Virus record (IMG/VR): IMGVR_UViG_3300036786_000080
Span: 1-45,916 of that record
Source: a virus
Taxonomy: Duplodnaviria > Caudoviricetes
Strand: one strand, 5' to 3'
Length of the DNA stretch: 45,916 nucleotides
The position numbers and the translations under genes were made by a program. Positions within the stretch are counted from its first letter, which is position 1, and the number at the start of each line of letters is the position of its first letter. The notes beneath the pieces are model-generated. The model did not search any database. It saw only the letters and a program-made list of their open reading frames with translations, and was not told where the DNA came from. Shown piece by piece: positions 27,896 through 37,302 of the stretch.

Positions 27896-28633
27896 TCAGG
27901 CGGCCCGTCTGGTGGACGGAGTGGACGATGTGGACGGAATGGACCTTGTGGACAGGCGGCGCATGGGCTTGACGCCCGATTCCGATAGGAGGCTTCCGGG
28001 TAGGGGTTGGCGCTTGAGCTGGAGCGAGTTCGGCGGGTGGCTGTGCCTCCAGGAGGGCAGGACGCCGACCGGCTTGTGGTAGACGGGGACGCGGCGGCAG
28101 TAGTCGAAGTCGCTGGTGAGGAATGTGTGATAGTCGCCGATTGGCACTTTTGCCCGCAGCGTGTGGAAGGCGGCGTTCATGCGGGCGCTCACGGTGTGCC
28201 GGTGCAGGTTATAGTCGGCGGCAATCTGCTTGATGTTGTTGCCGTCGAGCCACGACCAGACGAGATAGCGCTGCGAGCTGGGGAGCTGCCTGATGGCATC
28301 GTTGGCTACGTATCGCGGTCTCACGGTGGGAGGCGGCGCGGGCAGCTCGGCGGCGGCTTCGATGGGAACGGTCTCGACGGTGCGCTGCGCTCGCTCGTGC
28401 TCGCGCATGATGACGATCGTGAGGATGCGTGTGAGCCAGGCGCGCAGGCCTTCGGCGCCGGTCTCGGGGTTGAATTGTGGGAGGATGAGCAGGGCGAGGC
28501 GGACGGCTTCGCCGACCAGATCTTCGGCGTCGGCGAGCTGGCAGCCGGCCTTGGCGCGTGCCGTTGTGATCAGCTGCTGATAGATCGGAATGAGGGCTGC
28601 GGCGAAATCGCCGGGCGAATAGGACGAGAGCAT
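27896..28633 (-). CDS. ECF-type sigma-70 family factor
   Basis: Region 2 'DAEDLVGEA...LRAWLTRI', region 4 'LPSSQR...DGNNIKQIA..YNLHRHTVSARM'. Confidence 0.8.
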   Translation of the reverse strand: MLSSYSPGDFAAALIPIYQQLITTARAKAGCQLADAEDLVGEAVRLALLILPQFNPETGAEGLRAWLTRILTIVIMREHERAQRTVETVPIEAAAELPAPPPTVRPRYVANDAIRQLPSSQRYLVWSWLDGNNIKQIAADYNLHRHTVSARMNAAFHTLRAKVPIGDYHTFLTSDFDYCRRVPVYHKPVGVLPSWRHSHPPNSLQLKRQPLPGSLLSESGVKPMRRLSTRSIPSTSSTPSTRRAA

Positions 28634-28779
28634 TCGGGCGAGGTCCTTTCGTGAGGAGCCTCGCCCGATTCCGGGTCCAGACGCTCTGCAGAGCGAGTAC
28701 ACAACAGCGCCACGACTGCCGATTCCGGCCCATCGCTCGCTGATCCTAACTACTGTATTCTACAACTTTAGTTTACCGG

Positions 28780-28983
28780 TTACTTGACCGTGAGAGTATC
28801 GGCCCAGTCGTATTTCACGGCTTTGGCGGCCATGAAGGTGATTTTGAGGCTGCCATATTGGGGATTGTGAAGCCGCAAGATCGCGATGATGCAGCGCATC
28901 ATGTAATGCTCCTCATCGCTGAGGTCTGATAACGTGAGATGCCCGCTGCAAATGATGTCCCGTAGTTCTGGATGGGCCTTCAA
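28780..28983 (-). CDS. small protein, possibly YezD/DUF2292-like
   Basis: 'YGSLKITF...AVKYD' pattern. Confidence 0.35.
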   Translation of the reverse strand: MKAHPELRDIICSGHLTLSDLSDEEHYMMRCIIAILRLHNPQYGSLKITFMAAKAVKYDWADTLTVK

Positions 28984-29265
28984 CGGCGCCTGCCTCTCTC
29001 TTTTGCGCGCGCCCTGGTAATGATTGGCGGTCTGCGGTGCAGTTACATTATACGCGACGATTAGTACCGATTATTTGAGAAAAGAGGGATCGAAAATCCC
29101 TGTGCGGTTGACCGGTCATATGGGGGACGAAATTATTTTCGGCGGTTGTTATCCAAAAGCCTGAGAATATCGGATTAGTAGTTAGACGATGAATTATTCG
29201 GAGCGTGTCACGCCTCGCCATTTCGTGGGAAATGGGCGGGGCTATTTGTTTGCCTGGAGGCAACC

Positions 29266-29523
29266 ATGCGAGTGATGGCCATGCGCGACTTTACGGCGAG
29301 CTTGCCGCCTGATGCCGCTGCGATCCTGTTGCGAGGCGGCCGCCCGCGTGTTAGGCTGACGCCGATCGCTTATGGCAAGGGCAGGTTTCTGACCTCCGCG
29401 GAAGAGATCGTAAAGACATCATCGGCCTGGGGGCGCAACTATGTGACACCACGCCAGGCCCGGCGCCGGGCGATCAGGAATGAGATGGCGGCGATGTCGC
29501 GTGAGAGGAACCGCAAGCGATGA
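29266..29523 (+). CDS. basic hypothetical protein
   Basis: GGAGG RBS; Arg-rich C-terminus. Confidence 0.55.
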   Translation: MRVMAMRDFTASLPPDAAAILLRGGRPRVRLTPIAYGKGRFLTSAEEIVKTSSAWGRNYVTPRQARRRAIRNEMAAMSRERNRKR

Positions 29524-29602
29524 GGGGCGCGGATTTCCTGTGCCACGCGCTGATCCTGGCGCGGTTCGTGCTGTTCTTTGTGCTGCTTGAGATCGATGAG
29601 AG

Positions 29603-30271
29603 GTGCAATCGATGATGGCTGCCGCGGCTCGGAATTCTGCGGTCGACCAGCTGATTATGCAGTACCGCGGCCTGCCGCGCAGTACGGCTCTCGCGCTCAA
29701 TGTGCACTTGCCAGGGCTTGACCTGGAAGACTTGATTGCCGCCGGGAATATCGGGCTATGCAAGGCAGCCAATTCTTACGATCCGGCGAGGCCAACCTCT
29801 TTCAAGACGTGGGCCATTACGCTGATCCGTGGGGAGATCCGCGAGATGCTACGCGGTTGGAATTTCCTTCCGCGCAGCGTGGTGGACAAGATCAGGCTGC
29901 AGAAGCAGAAGAGTGACACTGGCAGCCAAAACGACATTGTGCCCGACCTTGGTATTTCGCTCGATGCTTATCAATCCGCCCTCGGCAATGATACCAGTTT
30001 CACTCTCAGGGACGTGCTGAGCGACGGGGCGACGGCTCCAGAGGCGCTCGCAATTGCGGACGAGACGCGGAGGGTCATTGCTGCTGCCATCGATCGATTG
30101 CCGGACCGAGAGCGGGAATTAGTTCACCTTTACTATTTTGAGCGACTGACATTCAAGGCGATTGGCGCCAAATTCGGCATTTCGGAGAGCCGAGCGTATC
30201 AGCTTCATGCGCAGGCCATTAAGCGGCTGCAGCAGGATGGCGCGCTGGGCGAGTTGTTCTGCCAGGATTAG
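29603..30271 (+). CDS. FliA/WhiG (sigma-28)-like sigma factor
   Basis: 'EDLIAAGNIGL.KA...YDP.R..SFKTWA..IRGEI...LR..NFLPRS', 'LPDRERELVHLYY.E.LTFK.IG..FGISESR..QLH'. Confidence 0.9.
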   Translation: MQSMMAAAARNSAVDQLIMQYRGLPRSTALALNVHLPGLDLEDLIAAGNIGLCKAANSYDPARPTSFKTWAITLIRGEIREMLRGWNFLPRSVVDKIRLQKQKSDTGSQNDIVPDLGISLDAYQSALGNDTSFTLRDVLSDGATAPEALAIADETRRVIAAAIDRLPDRERELVHLYYFERLTFKAIGAKFGISESRAYQLHAQAIKRLQQDGALGELFCQD

Positions 30272-30312
30272 CGTTCCGAGTTCCGACTTTCTGGTTTCCG
30301 AAAAGGTTTCAG

Positions 30313-30981
30313 ATGACGGACGCTGAGCTGCATGCGGACCTGGCAGAGGGGCTCTCTTCCTCTCAGATAGCTTCGCGGCGGTCCATTTCCGTACAGGCGG
30401 TCAACAAGCGGCGGAAACGGCTGAGGTTTCAGGAGACGGCGGTCGCGGTTGTTTCGCAACCTGAATCGGCTCGGTTGGTTTCAGCGCAGTTGGATGCACT
30501 CGAGGAGATCGCGCATAGTTTCAGCCGGATCCGGCTCCTGATGGACGCCTGCGATCGCTGGCTGCGCGATGCTGAGGACCCAACGATTTACGACATCGGT
30601 CCGCGGTCCGAAGAGGTGATGGTCACCTATTGGGATAGCGACGATGAGGGCAATCCGACGCGCGCGAAAGCGAAGCTCTCCGAGCTGCTGCGCAAGGTCG
30701 ACAATGGCGGCGTTCTGACGATCGGATCGGTAGAGCGGTACGCAGATCCGCGCGGGCTGATCATTTCGACGACCCGTGAGGCGCGCGCCGCGGTGGCACA
30801 GTGTATCGAGCTGGCGCAGAAATTGGCGGATGCGAGGGCGATGCAGACGCTACGCGAAAAGGTGCTCGATGAGATTTCAAAAGTGAGTCCTGAGATTGCC
30901 GAGCGTATCGCCTGCGCGGTTCGACGCGTCCTTGTTCTCCACGACGCTGCAGGAGGATCTGGCGCCCTTCCTTCCGGATGA
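30313..30981 (+). CDS. terminase small subunit (putative)
   Basis: N-terminal HTH; overlaps TerL. Confidence 0.6.
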   Translation: MTDAELHADLAEGLSSSQIASRRSISVQAVNKRRKRLRFQETAVAVVSQPESARLVSAQLDALEEIAHSFSRIRLLMDACDRWLRDAEDPTIYDIGPRSEEVMVTYWDSDDEGNPTRAKAKLSELLRKVDNGGVLTIGSVERYADPRGLIISTTREARAAVAQCIELAQKLADARAMQTLREKVLDEISKVSPEIAERIACAVRRVLVLHDAAGGSGALPSG

Positions 30982-32437
30982 CGAGGATATCGATTCGGAT
31001 GCCTGGAGAGCGCGCCGGAGCCTGGCTGAGTTTGTAAGGCAGGGTTGGGAGATCGTCGAGCCAGGGGCGCCGCTGCTGTGGTCGTGGCACATCGATGTGA
31101 TCTGCCAGCACCTCGAGGCGGTCAGCGACGGGCGCATTAAGCGGCTGATCATCAATGTGCCGCCTGGTCATATGAAATCGCTGCTGGTCTCGGTGTTCTG
31201 GCCGGCGTGGGAGTGGATCGATCGACCGGAGACGCGGACGCTCTTCTCGAGCTATGCGATGGACCTGGCGCTGCGCGACAGCGTGCGCTGCCGGGACATC
31301 GTCACCTCGGACTGGTACCGCAACCTGTTTCGGCCGAAGTGGAAAATCAAGAGCGACCAGAACGCGAAGGGCTACTTTGAGACCTCGCGTAAGGGTTTCC
31401 GCTTCTCGATGTCTGTCGGCGGCCGCGCGACCGGCTTTCGTGGGAATAAGATCGTCGTCGATGACCCGCTGAACGCGAAAGAGGCGCCCAGCGACGCTGC
31501 TCGAGCGGAATGCATCTTCTGGTGGGACAAGGTTATGCCGACCCGCCTGAACGATCCGCGGACCGGCGCCAAGGTGATCATTATGCAGCGACTGCATGAG
31601 GATGACCTGACCGGGCATCTGGTGGCGCGCGGCGGCTATGACCATTTGTGTTTGCCGACCGAGTTCGAAGAGGACAGGCGCAGCTCCACTTCCATCGGCT
31701 GGACGGATCCGCGCAAGGAAGAGGGCGAGCTGCTCTTCCCGGAGATGTTCACTCCGGAAGTGCTTCTCGACCTGCAGAAGGAGCTCGGGAGCGACGGGTA
31801 CGCCGGGCAGCATCAGCAGCGGCCTTCGCCGGCAGCCGGCAACATCTTCAAGAAGGCGTGGTTTCAGCGGACGTACAAGAGCCTCGACGACCTGGTCGAG
31901 GTGTGGACCTGCTGGGACACCGCCCTCAAGGAGAAGGAAGTCAACGATCAGTCGGCGTTCACGGTCTTTGGGCTGCTGAAGAACGGCGACATTCCGATCC
32001 TGCGCGCCGGCAGCGGCCACTGGGACACTCCGGACGTCGAGGAGTTCCTTTGTGAGAATGCGGACTGGCTGCGCGGCGTCTACGGCGACAAGTATCGCGG
32101 CGACTACATCGAGGACAAGGTCAGTGGAACGACGCTCATGCGCTACATCCGGCGCAACCGGCGCGATCTGGCGCTGATCCCGGTCCAGGCCGAGACGGAC
32201 AAGGTCGCCCGGGCGAAGGGCGTCACCCCGATTTGTGAGGCCGGCCGCGTGGTATTGCCGGACCCGACGATCTATCCGGAGACCCGTGACTGGGTGCTCG
32301 ACCTGGTCAACCAGGTGACGATGTTCCCGAATGGCAAGTTCAAGGATTTGACGGACACGTTTGTTTACGGGCTGATGCGGGTGATGGGAACGCTCAACCG
32401 CAAGGGCGCCAAGCGAGGGAAGAGTGCAGCAATCTGA
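30896..32437 (+). CDS. terL: terminase large subunit
   Basis: 'INVPPGHMKS', 'IVVDDP', 'MQRLHEDDL', 'WDTA', 'FPNGKFKDLTD'; start uncertain. Confidence 0.95.
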   Translation: MPSVSPARFDASLFSTTLQEDLAPFLPDDEDIDSDAWRARRSLAEFVRQGWEIVEPGAPLLWSWHIDVICQHLEAVSDGRIKRLIINVPPGHMKSLLVSVFWPAWEWIDRPETRTLFSSYAMDLALRDSVRCRDIVTSDWYRNLFRPKWKIKSDQNAKGYFETSRKGFRFSMSVGGRATGFRGNKIVVDDPLNAKEAPSDAARAECIFWWDKVMPTRLNDPRTGAKVIIMQRLHEDDLTGHLVARGGYDHLCLPTEFEEDRRSSTSIGWTDPRKEEGELLFPEMFTPEVLLDLQKELGSDGYAGQHQQRPSPAAGNIFKKAWFQRTYKSLDDLVEVWTCWDTALKEKEVNDQSAFTVFGLLKNGDIPILRAGSGHWDTPDVEEFLCENADWLRGVYGDKYRGDYIEDKVSGTTLMRYIRRNRRDLALIPVQAETDKVARAKGVTPICEAGRVVLPDPTIYPETRDWVLDLVNQVTMFPNGKFKDLTDTFVYGLMRVMGTLNRKGAKRGKSAAI

Positions 32438-33941
32438 CGCGCAGCTCGCCGCCGGGCTGATCAATACGAAGACGCTGCCTCCAGGGCTGATGTCGATTCA
32501 GAAGCTCGCAGCGCAGGCTCGGGCATACGACAAGCTGCTGCCGTATCCGCTCTTCTGGTTCAAGAACTGGAAAGAGGAGGATCGAGGGCCTTTGCCGCGC
32601 TGCATGCCGATCGCGAAGGCGATTGTGCGCCGCGGCGCTCGCTGGCTGTTTGGGAAGCCGCTGGAGATCACCTTTCCCGGGAACGAAACGCTCGAGCAGC
32701 AGGTGAAGAGCATCTGGACCAAAAACCGGATGCCCTCGCGACTGACTGCGATCGCGCGAAAGGGCGCCCTTGAGGGCGGAATTGTCTTCAAATTTGCGTA
32801 CGATGAAACCGCGGACCCGCAAATCTCCATTCAATCGTTGTCACTCATGGATCAGGTCCGGCTCTATTATCATCCGCACAACCGAGAGCGGCTGCTGATG
32901 GCGCGCGTGCAATACCCCTATTACGACGCGGAAGAGGGGTGCACGTACTGGTATCGCGAGGAGTGGACGGACGCGGCGGAGGTGCATTTCTATCCGGTCA
33001 AGGATGAATCTCTCAGCAAGAGCGATCCGGACACCTATGAGGGCTGGAAGATCGATGAGGCGTCGTCTCGGCCGAACCCGTTCGGGCTGATCCCTCTGCA
33101 TCGGATCAAGAACCTTGAGACCGATGACGTGTGGGGATCCGGCGACCTGTGGGACATCGAGGATGAGCCGGAGGGCGGCCTGTTTCGCGTGCTGGACCGG
33201 ATCCATCTCTCGTATCATCTGATGGACCGATCCAACCAGTTCGACAGCGCAATCAATCCGATCTACCTGGACGTGGACGTGGACCAGGACGACCTCGACA
33301 AGCCGACGCAGCCGGGCGAGGGGAAGTCCTTCGAATCGACGAACGAAACGGGGCATCCGGGCCGGGTTGTTTTCCCGCCGACCGGCAACGCGCTGCGGCC
33401 GGCGATGATGGAGTACGCGAAGGATCTGCGCAAGCAGTATATGGACGCGGCCTCTTCGGTGTTTATCGACCAGGCGGAGTTTTCCAATAAGGGCAACCTG
33501 ACGAACGCGGTTCTGGCGCAGCTCTACCTGCCTCAGATCGAGATCACGGAAGACAAGCGGAAGACTTACGGCGATGATGGACTGGTACCCTTTCTGGCTC
33601 GGATGGCTCGAGGTCTTCAGCGCGCCGGCGTGGACCTGGGAGTCCGCGAAGCCGACGACAAAACGTACACCGCGGAACTTAAATGGAGTGCGTATTTCGA
33701 ACTCTCTGAGGACGAAAAGACCGCGAAAGTGCTCCGGACGCAGGAAGAGGAGATCGGTGGCTACGTGCCTCACGAGCGCGCCATTGAGGAGATCTCGATG
33801 ATGGACGGCCGGACCGACATCGTGGATATCAAGAAGCAGCTCGAGTCGCAGTCGCCGCCTCCCGTGCAGCAGGCTCAGATCGATCAGAATGCAAAGTCGC
33901 TCGGAAGCGTGCGGCGGGTCGGAGGCCCGAACGCTCTATGA
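32424..33941 (+). CDS. portal protein (SPP1 gp6-like)
   Basis: 505 aa after TerL; 'WLFGKP', 'NPFGLIP'. Confidence 0.85.
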   Translation: MQQSDAQLAAGLINTKTLPPGLMSIQKLAAQARAYDKLLPYPLFWFKNWKEEDRGPLPRCMPIAKAIVRRGARWLFGKPLEITFPGNETLEQQVKSIWTKNRMPSRLTAIARKGALEGGIVFKFAYDETADPQISIQSLSLMDQVRLYYHPHNRERLLMARVQYPYYDAEEGCTYWYREEWTDAAEVHFYPVKDESLSKSDPDTYEGWKIDEASSRPNPFGLIPLHRIKNLETDDVWGSGDLWDIEDEPEGGLFRVLDRIHLSYHLMDRSNQFDSAINPIYLDVDVDQDDLDKPTQPGEGKSFESTNETGHPGRVVFPPTGNALRPAMMEYAKDLRKQYMDAASSVFIDQAEFSNKGNLTNAVLAQLYLPQIEITEDKRKTYGDDGLVPFLARMARGLQRAGVDLGVREADDKTYTAELKWSAYFELSEDEKTAKVLRTQEEEIGGYVPHERAIEEISMMDGRTDIVDIKKQLESQSPPPVQQAQIDQNAKSLGSVRRVGGPNAL

Positions 33942-34123
33942 AAATCATCAAGCCTGGCTTTCCGCCGAAAGAGAAGATAGTGCGTCTGCAATGCGGCGAT
34001 TGCGGCTGCGAGTTTGAGGCGAAAGCGGGAGAGATCGAGCGCGTTCCCGACCAACGCGACGGCGATTTCTGGCGGTGCAAATGTCCCCAGGCCGGCTGCG
34101 GAAAGCAAGTCACCTCCTATTGA
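33938..34123 (+). CDS. small Zn-ribbon protein
   Basis: CGDCGC...CPQAGC; ATGA overlap. Confidence 0.6.
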   Translation: MKIIKPGFPPKEKIVRLQCGDCGCEFEAKAGEIERVPDQRDGDFWRCKCPQAGCGKQVTSY

Positions 34124-34263
34124 AGCCACAGGGCCGCAAGGAAGTCGCGGAAGCCGTTGTGATTGCCGCGCTCTCTTCGCTGGCCACGGGGCTGATGCAC
34201 CTGGGCTTTCGAAGAGGCGAAGTACAGGGTGTGGCTGGTCCGCAAGAAGCGAAAGAAGGCCAA

Positions 34264-34479
34264 ATGAAGCATACGCAGGTTGAGAGCAGCAATGTTCACT
34301 CGATTGGGCATGACCCGGAGAAGATGCTGATGGAGGTGACCTTCAAGAATGGGGGCACTTACGTCTACAGCGATGTTTCGGTCGCTGCTTTCGCCGGGCT
34401 GCTGCTGGCGCCGTCTGTCGGAAGCCATTTGCATCAGCACTTCAAGGGTAAGCATCGAGAGTTCAGGAAGGTGGAGTAG
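34264..34479 (+). CDS. KTSC domain protein
   Basis: 'VESSNVHSIGHD...VTFKNGGTYVYSDV...APSVGS'. Confidence 0.9.
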   Translation: MKHTQVESSNVHSIGHDPEKMLMEVTFKNGGTYVYSDVSVAAFAGLLLAPSVGSHLHQHFKGKHREFRKVE

Positions 34480-34482
34480 CGA

Positions 34483-34701
34483 TTGAAACACCCTTTTGAT
34501 TATCATCGGCCCAGCCCGGCGCAGGTGGACCAGATTTCACGGAACCGAGACGCCTGCAAGGCGCTTCATTCGGTGATTCTCGAATTGCCCGCAAGCCGAG
34601 AGCGATCGGTGGCAATCACGAAGCTGGAAGAGGTTTCGATGTGGGCGAATAAGGCGATCATCCTGGCGGATGAAGGCCCGGTGGCGATCTCGCCCGAGTA
34701 G
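34483..34701 (+). CDS. Acb2/Tad1-like hairpin protein (candidate nucleotide-signal sponge)
   Basis: 'FDYHRP...PASRERSVAITKLEEVSMWANKAI'. Confidence 0.65.
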   Translation: MKHPFDYHRPSPAQVDQISRNRDACKALHSVILELPASRERSVAITKLEEVSMWANKAIILADEGPVAISPE

Positions 34702-34959
34702 TTATTTTTCGAGAAATGTCGTGTCTGAGAGGATCGGCCCGCGGACTGAAATCAAATCGTCATCGCTCATCTCTATAGGCAAATCAAAGAGCACAAGCAG
34801 ATCGACGCCATATTCGCGCGCCCATTTATTGTACAGTTTCGCCGGAACTCGGATCGCTTCCGGCCAGCCGTAATGTAGGCGCCGCCAAGTCATAATGCGA
34901 TCGCGAATTAGATCGCTCAGATGCGGATCGATTAGCTCGTGCAGTTCATTCTTCGCCAT
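34702..34959 (-). CDS. antisense-oriented moron, hypothetical protein
   Basis: 85-aa ORF, TATACT -10 just upstream, stop abuts convergent gene. Confidence 0.55.
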   Translation of the reverse strand: MAKNELHELIDPHLSDLIRDRIMTWRRLHYGWPEAIRVPAKLYNKWAREYGVDLLVLFDLPIEMSDDDLISVRGPILSDTTFLEK

Positions 34960-34974
34960 ATCGCGAGTATACCC

Positions 34975-35005
34975 GGCCTGCTCTCTTCGGAGGGTGGGCC
35001 TTTTT
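34975..35005 (+). terminator. intrinsic terminator
   Basis: GGCCTGCTCTC-TTCG-GAGGGTGGGCC + T5. Confidence 0.7.
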
Positions 35006-35065
35006 ATAACCACCTGCGCGGCACAGTGTAAGAGCCGAGACCCTGTTTTCAGGAGATAAAAACCC

Positions 35066-35632
35066 ATGCCAGATCCAGATCCGAATGTGCCACCGGCTAT
35101 CGTGCCGCCAACGACACCGCCTGCTGCTGATCCGCCGGCTCCGGACCCGAAAGCGGGCCAGGGCGGCAATGATGAAGCGAAGTTCCGGCGACTGTTTGAA
35201 GCGGAGCAGGCGAAGTCGCGTGCGTCAGAGCAACGCCTGGCGGAGCTCGATGCTGCGGAAACGAAGCGGCGCGAGTCGGAGATGACCGAGCTGCAGAAGG
35301 TCCAGGCCAGGGCGGAAGAGGCGGAGAAGCGCGCTACGAAAATGGAGCATGAGAATCTGCGGCGGCAGGTCGCTGCAGAGGCTCAGCTCACACCGGAAGC
35401 GCTCGAGTTCTTGCAAGGCGAGGATGAGGCGGCTCTGCGTGCTTCGGCGGCCAAGCTGGCGACACTGGTGACGAAAGCGCCGGTGCAGCTCGGGTCGCAT
35501 ACTCAGCCGGGCGGAAGCCAGAAGCCGACCGTCGAGGATCAGATTGCCGCAGCTCAGAAGGCTGGCAACTGGCAGGAATCCATGCGATTGAAGCGGGAAG
35601 CGGCCGGTTTCGGCGTCAAGCCCGCTCAATAA
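35066..35632 (+). CDS. capsid scaffolding protein
   Basis: Pro-rich N-terminus, coiled coil 'EMTELQK', upstream of MCP. Confidence 0.85.
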   Translation: MPDPDPNVPPAIVPPTTPPAADPPAPDPKAGQGGNDEAKFRRLFEAEQAKSRASEQRLAELDAAETKRRESEMTELQKVQARAEEAEKRATKMEHENLRRQVAAEAQLTPEALEFLQGEDEAALRASAAKLATLVTKAPVQLGSHTQPGGSQKPTVEDQIAAAQKAGNWQESMRLKREAAGFGVKPAQ

Positions 35633-35699
35633 TCATCGCTCTCCGGCAGGCAAGGGACAAGCCCTTACCCTACGGTCCGGGGGCACAAAGGAAAACTAG

Positions 35700-36683
35700 A
35701 TGTCCACCGGACAAGTAACCATTAACAACGCCGTGAACTATCTTGGCGAGCTGTTCCACAGTGGCAAGCGGCCTAACACGCTGCTCAAGCTTCTTGGCGG
35801 CATCCAGGGCGGCATTATCGAGACCTCCGCCAAGGAGTTCCCGATCGGAGTGTTCTTCGATCTGCGCTCGCCCTCGCAGCCGGCCATCCTGGAGGGCGCC
35901 GCTGCGCCGGCGGCACAGTATCGCGCGCTGACGCAGACGACCAACGTCGTGCAGATCTTCCACGAGAAGGTCTCACTCAGCTACCTGTCCCAGTCGGACA
36001 AGGCGGTGAGCGGCGTGGTTCCGATTCCGCAGGCGAATGCGCAGGGAATGGTGCAGAATCCTCGCTCCGAGGCATTCCAGGTGATGGCGTCTCTCGGCAC
36101 GATCGCGCAGGACCTCAACTACTCGCTGCTGCGCGGAACGTATGTCAATCCTGCCGACCCTGCCAGCACGGCGCTCAAGACTCGCGGCATCATCACGGCG
36201 ATCAGCACCAATCTGATCGACCATTCCGGCGGTTCGGTGACCACCGCGGCGGCCTATAAGGCGGAGATCGAAGCCGCAATGGCAGCGCTGATCGCGACGA
36301 CCGGCTACAATCCGGATGACACCTGGACGATCATGGCGGACACCGTGCAGTTCGGCAATATCCAGGCAGCGTATGCCTCCGCGACCACGCCTCCGTACGA
36401 CCGGGAGGTTGCGGGCCTCAAGCTGCGCCAGATCTACACCCGGTACGGCATCCTGAACCTCGCTCTCGAGCCAGACATGGCCGCGGACGAGTTCGCGATC
36501 CTGAACCTGGGCGTAGCGGGCATCGTGGGTCTGCCGGTCCCTGGCAAGGGCATCCTGTTCGAAGAGCCGCTCTACAAGCAGGGTTCCAGCGACGAGACGC
36601 AGCTCTATGGCCAGCTTGGCATCGCGCACGGTCCCGAGTTCATGCACGCTCGCGTCAAGCTGAACACCGGCATCGCGCTCTAA
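35700..36683 (+). CDS. major capsid protein
   Basis: 'NYLGELF', 'TNVVQIF', 'LFEEPLYKQGSSDETQLYGQLGIAHG'; after scaffold. Confidence 0.88.
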   Translation: MSTGQVTINNAVNYLGELFHSGKRPNTLLKLLGGIQGGIIETSAKEFPIGVFFDLRSPSQPAILEGAAAPAAQYRALTQTTNVVQIFHEKVSLSYLSQSDKAVSGVVPIPQANAQGMVQNPRSEAFQVMASLGTIAQDLNYSLLRGTYVNPADPASTALKTRGIITAISTNLIDHSGGSVTTAAAYKAEIEAAMAALIATTGYNPDDTWTIMADTVQFGNIQAAYASATTPPYDREVAGLKLRQIYTRYGILNLALEPDMAADEFAILNLGVAGIVGLPVPGKGILFEEPLYKQGSSDETQLYGQLGIAHGPEFMHARVKLNTGIAL

Positions 36684-36684
36684 C

Positions 36685-36767
36685 AGGCAATAGGCATTGG
36701 GCATTTGGTATTAGGTAACAGGCTGGTCGGCGTTCTCCAAATGCCAAATGCCTGTTGCCTAATGCCT
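36685..36767. repeat. 7-mer GGCATT(T/A) arrays in inverted arrangement
   Basis: AGGCAATAGGCATTGGGCATTTGGTATTAGG ... CCAAATGCCAAATGCCTGTTGCCTAATGCCT. Confidence 0.8.
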
Positions 36768-36792
36768 CTCTGACTGCCTGGAGATAACGAAC

Positions 36793-37245
36793 ATGATTGA
36801 GATTGAGAATGATGGCGTCAGTGATGCGATCTACAAGGAGGGCGACCTCTCGCGGTATGGCAGTGGGTATCGCCATGTGACGATCGCGAGAGTGGCGCTC
36901 GGCCATGCGGACACAGGCGGCGGCGTGTTTGCGTGGCAGAACCCGGAGTCTGTGTCGATTGTCATCAGCAAGGTGATCGTCGATGTGACCACCGTTGCTA
37001 CCGGCGCCTGCACCGTGGATGTCGGGGCGCAGGCGACGGGTGCGACGACCTCCTCAGATAACCTGATCGATGGTATCGATGTGCATACCGCTACCGGACT
37101 GCTCGGCCAGGCGGATGGCGACGGCACAACCAATTCCAAGCTGCAGCAGAAGCTCGCAGCGGGCAAATGGGTGACAGGATCGAAGGCCTCGGGCGCAGCG
37201 GCCGGGCTGGCCGGCTTCGCTTACATCCATTACCATCCGATCTAA
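36793..37245 (+). CDS. putative capsid decoration protein
   Basis: Beta-rich, directly after MCP. Confidence 0.55.
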   Translation: MIEIENDGVSDAIYKEGDLSRYGSGYRHVTIARVALGHADTGGGVFAWQNPESVSIVISKVIVDVTTVATGACTVDVGAQATGATTSSDNLIDGIDVHTATGLLGQADGDGTTNSKLQQKLAAGKWVTGSKASGAAAGLAGFAYIHYHPI

Positions 37246-37302
37246 GGCCACCTCACCCCAACCCCTCTCCGAGGCGGAGAGGGGCTATTGACTGGAGCGA
37301 TT

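Noticed and set aside
29603-35066. Sigma-28 consensus late promoters
   Set aside because: No convincing TAAA-N15-GCCGATAA match found by eye
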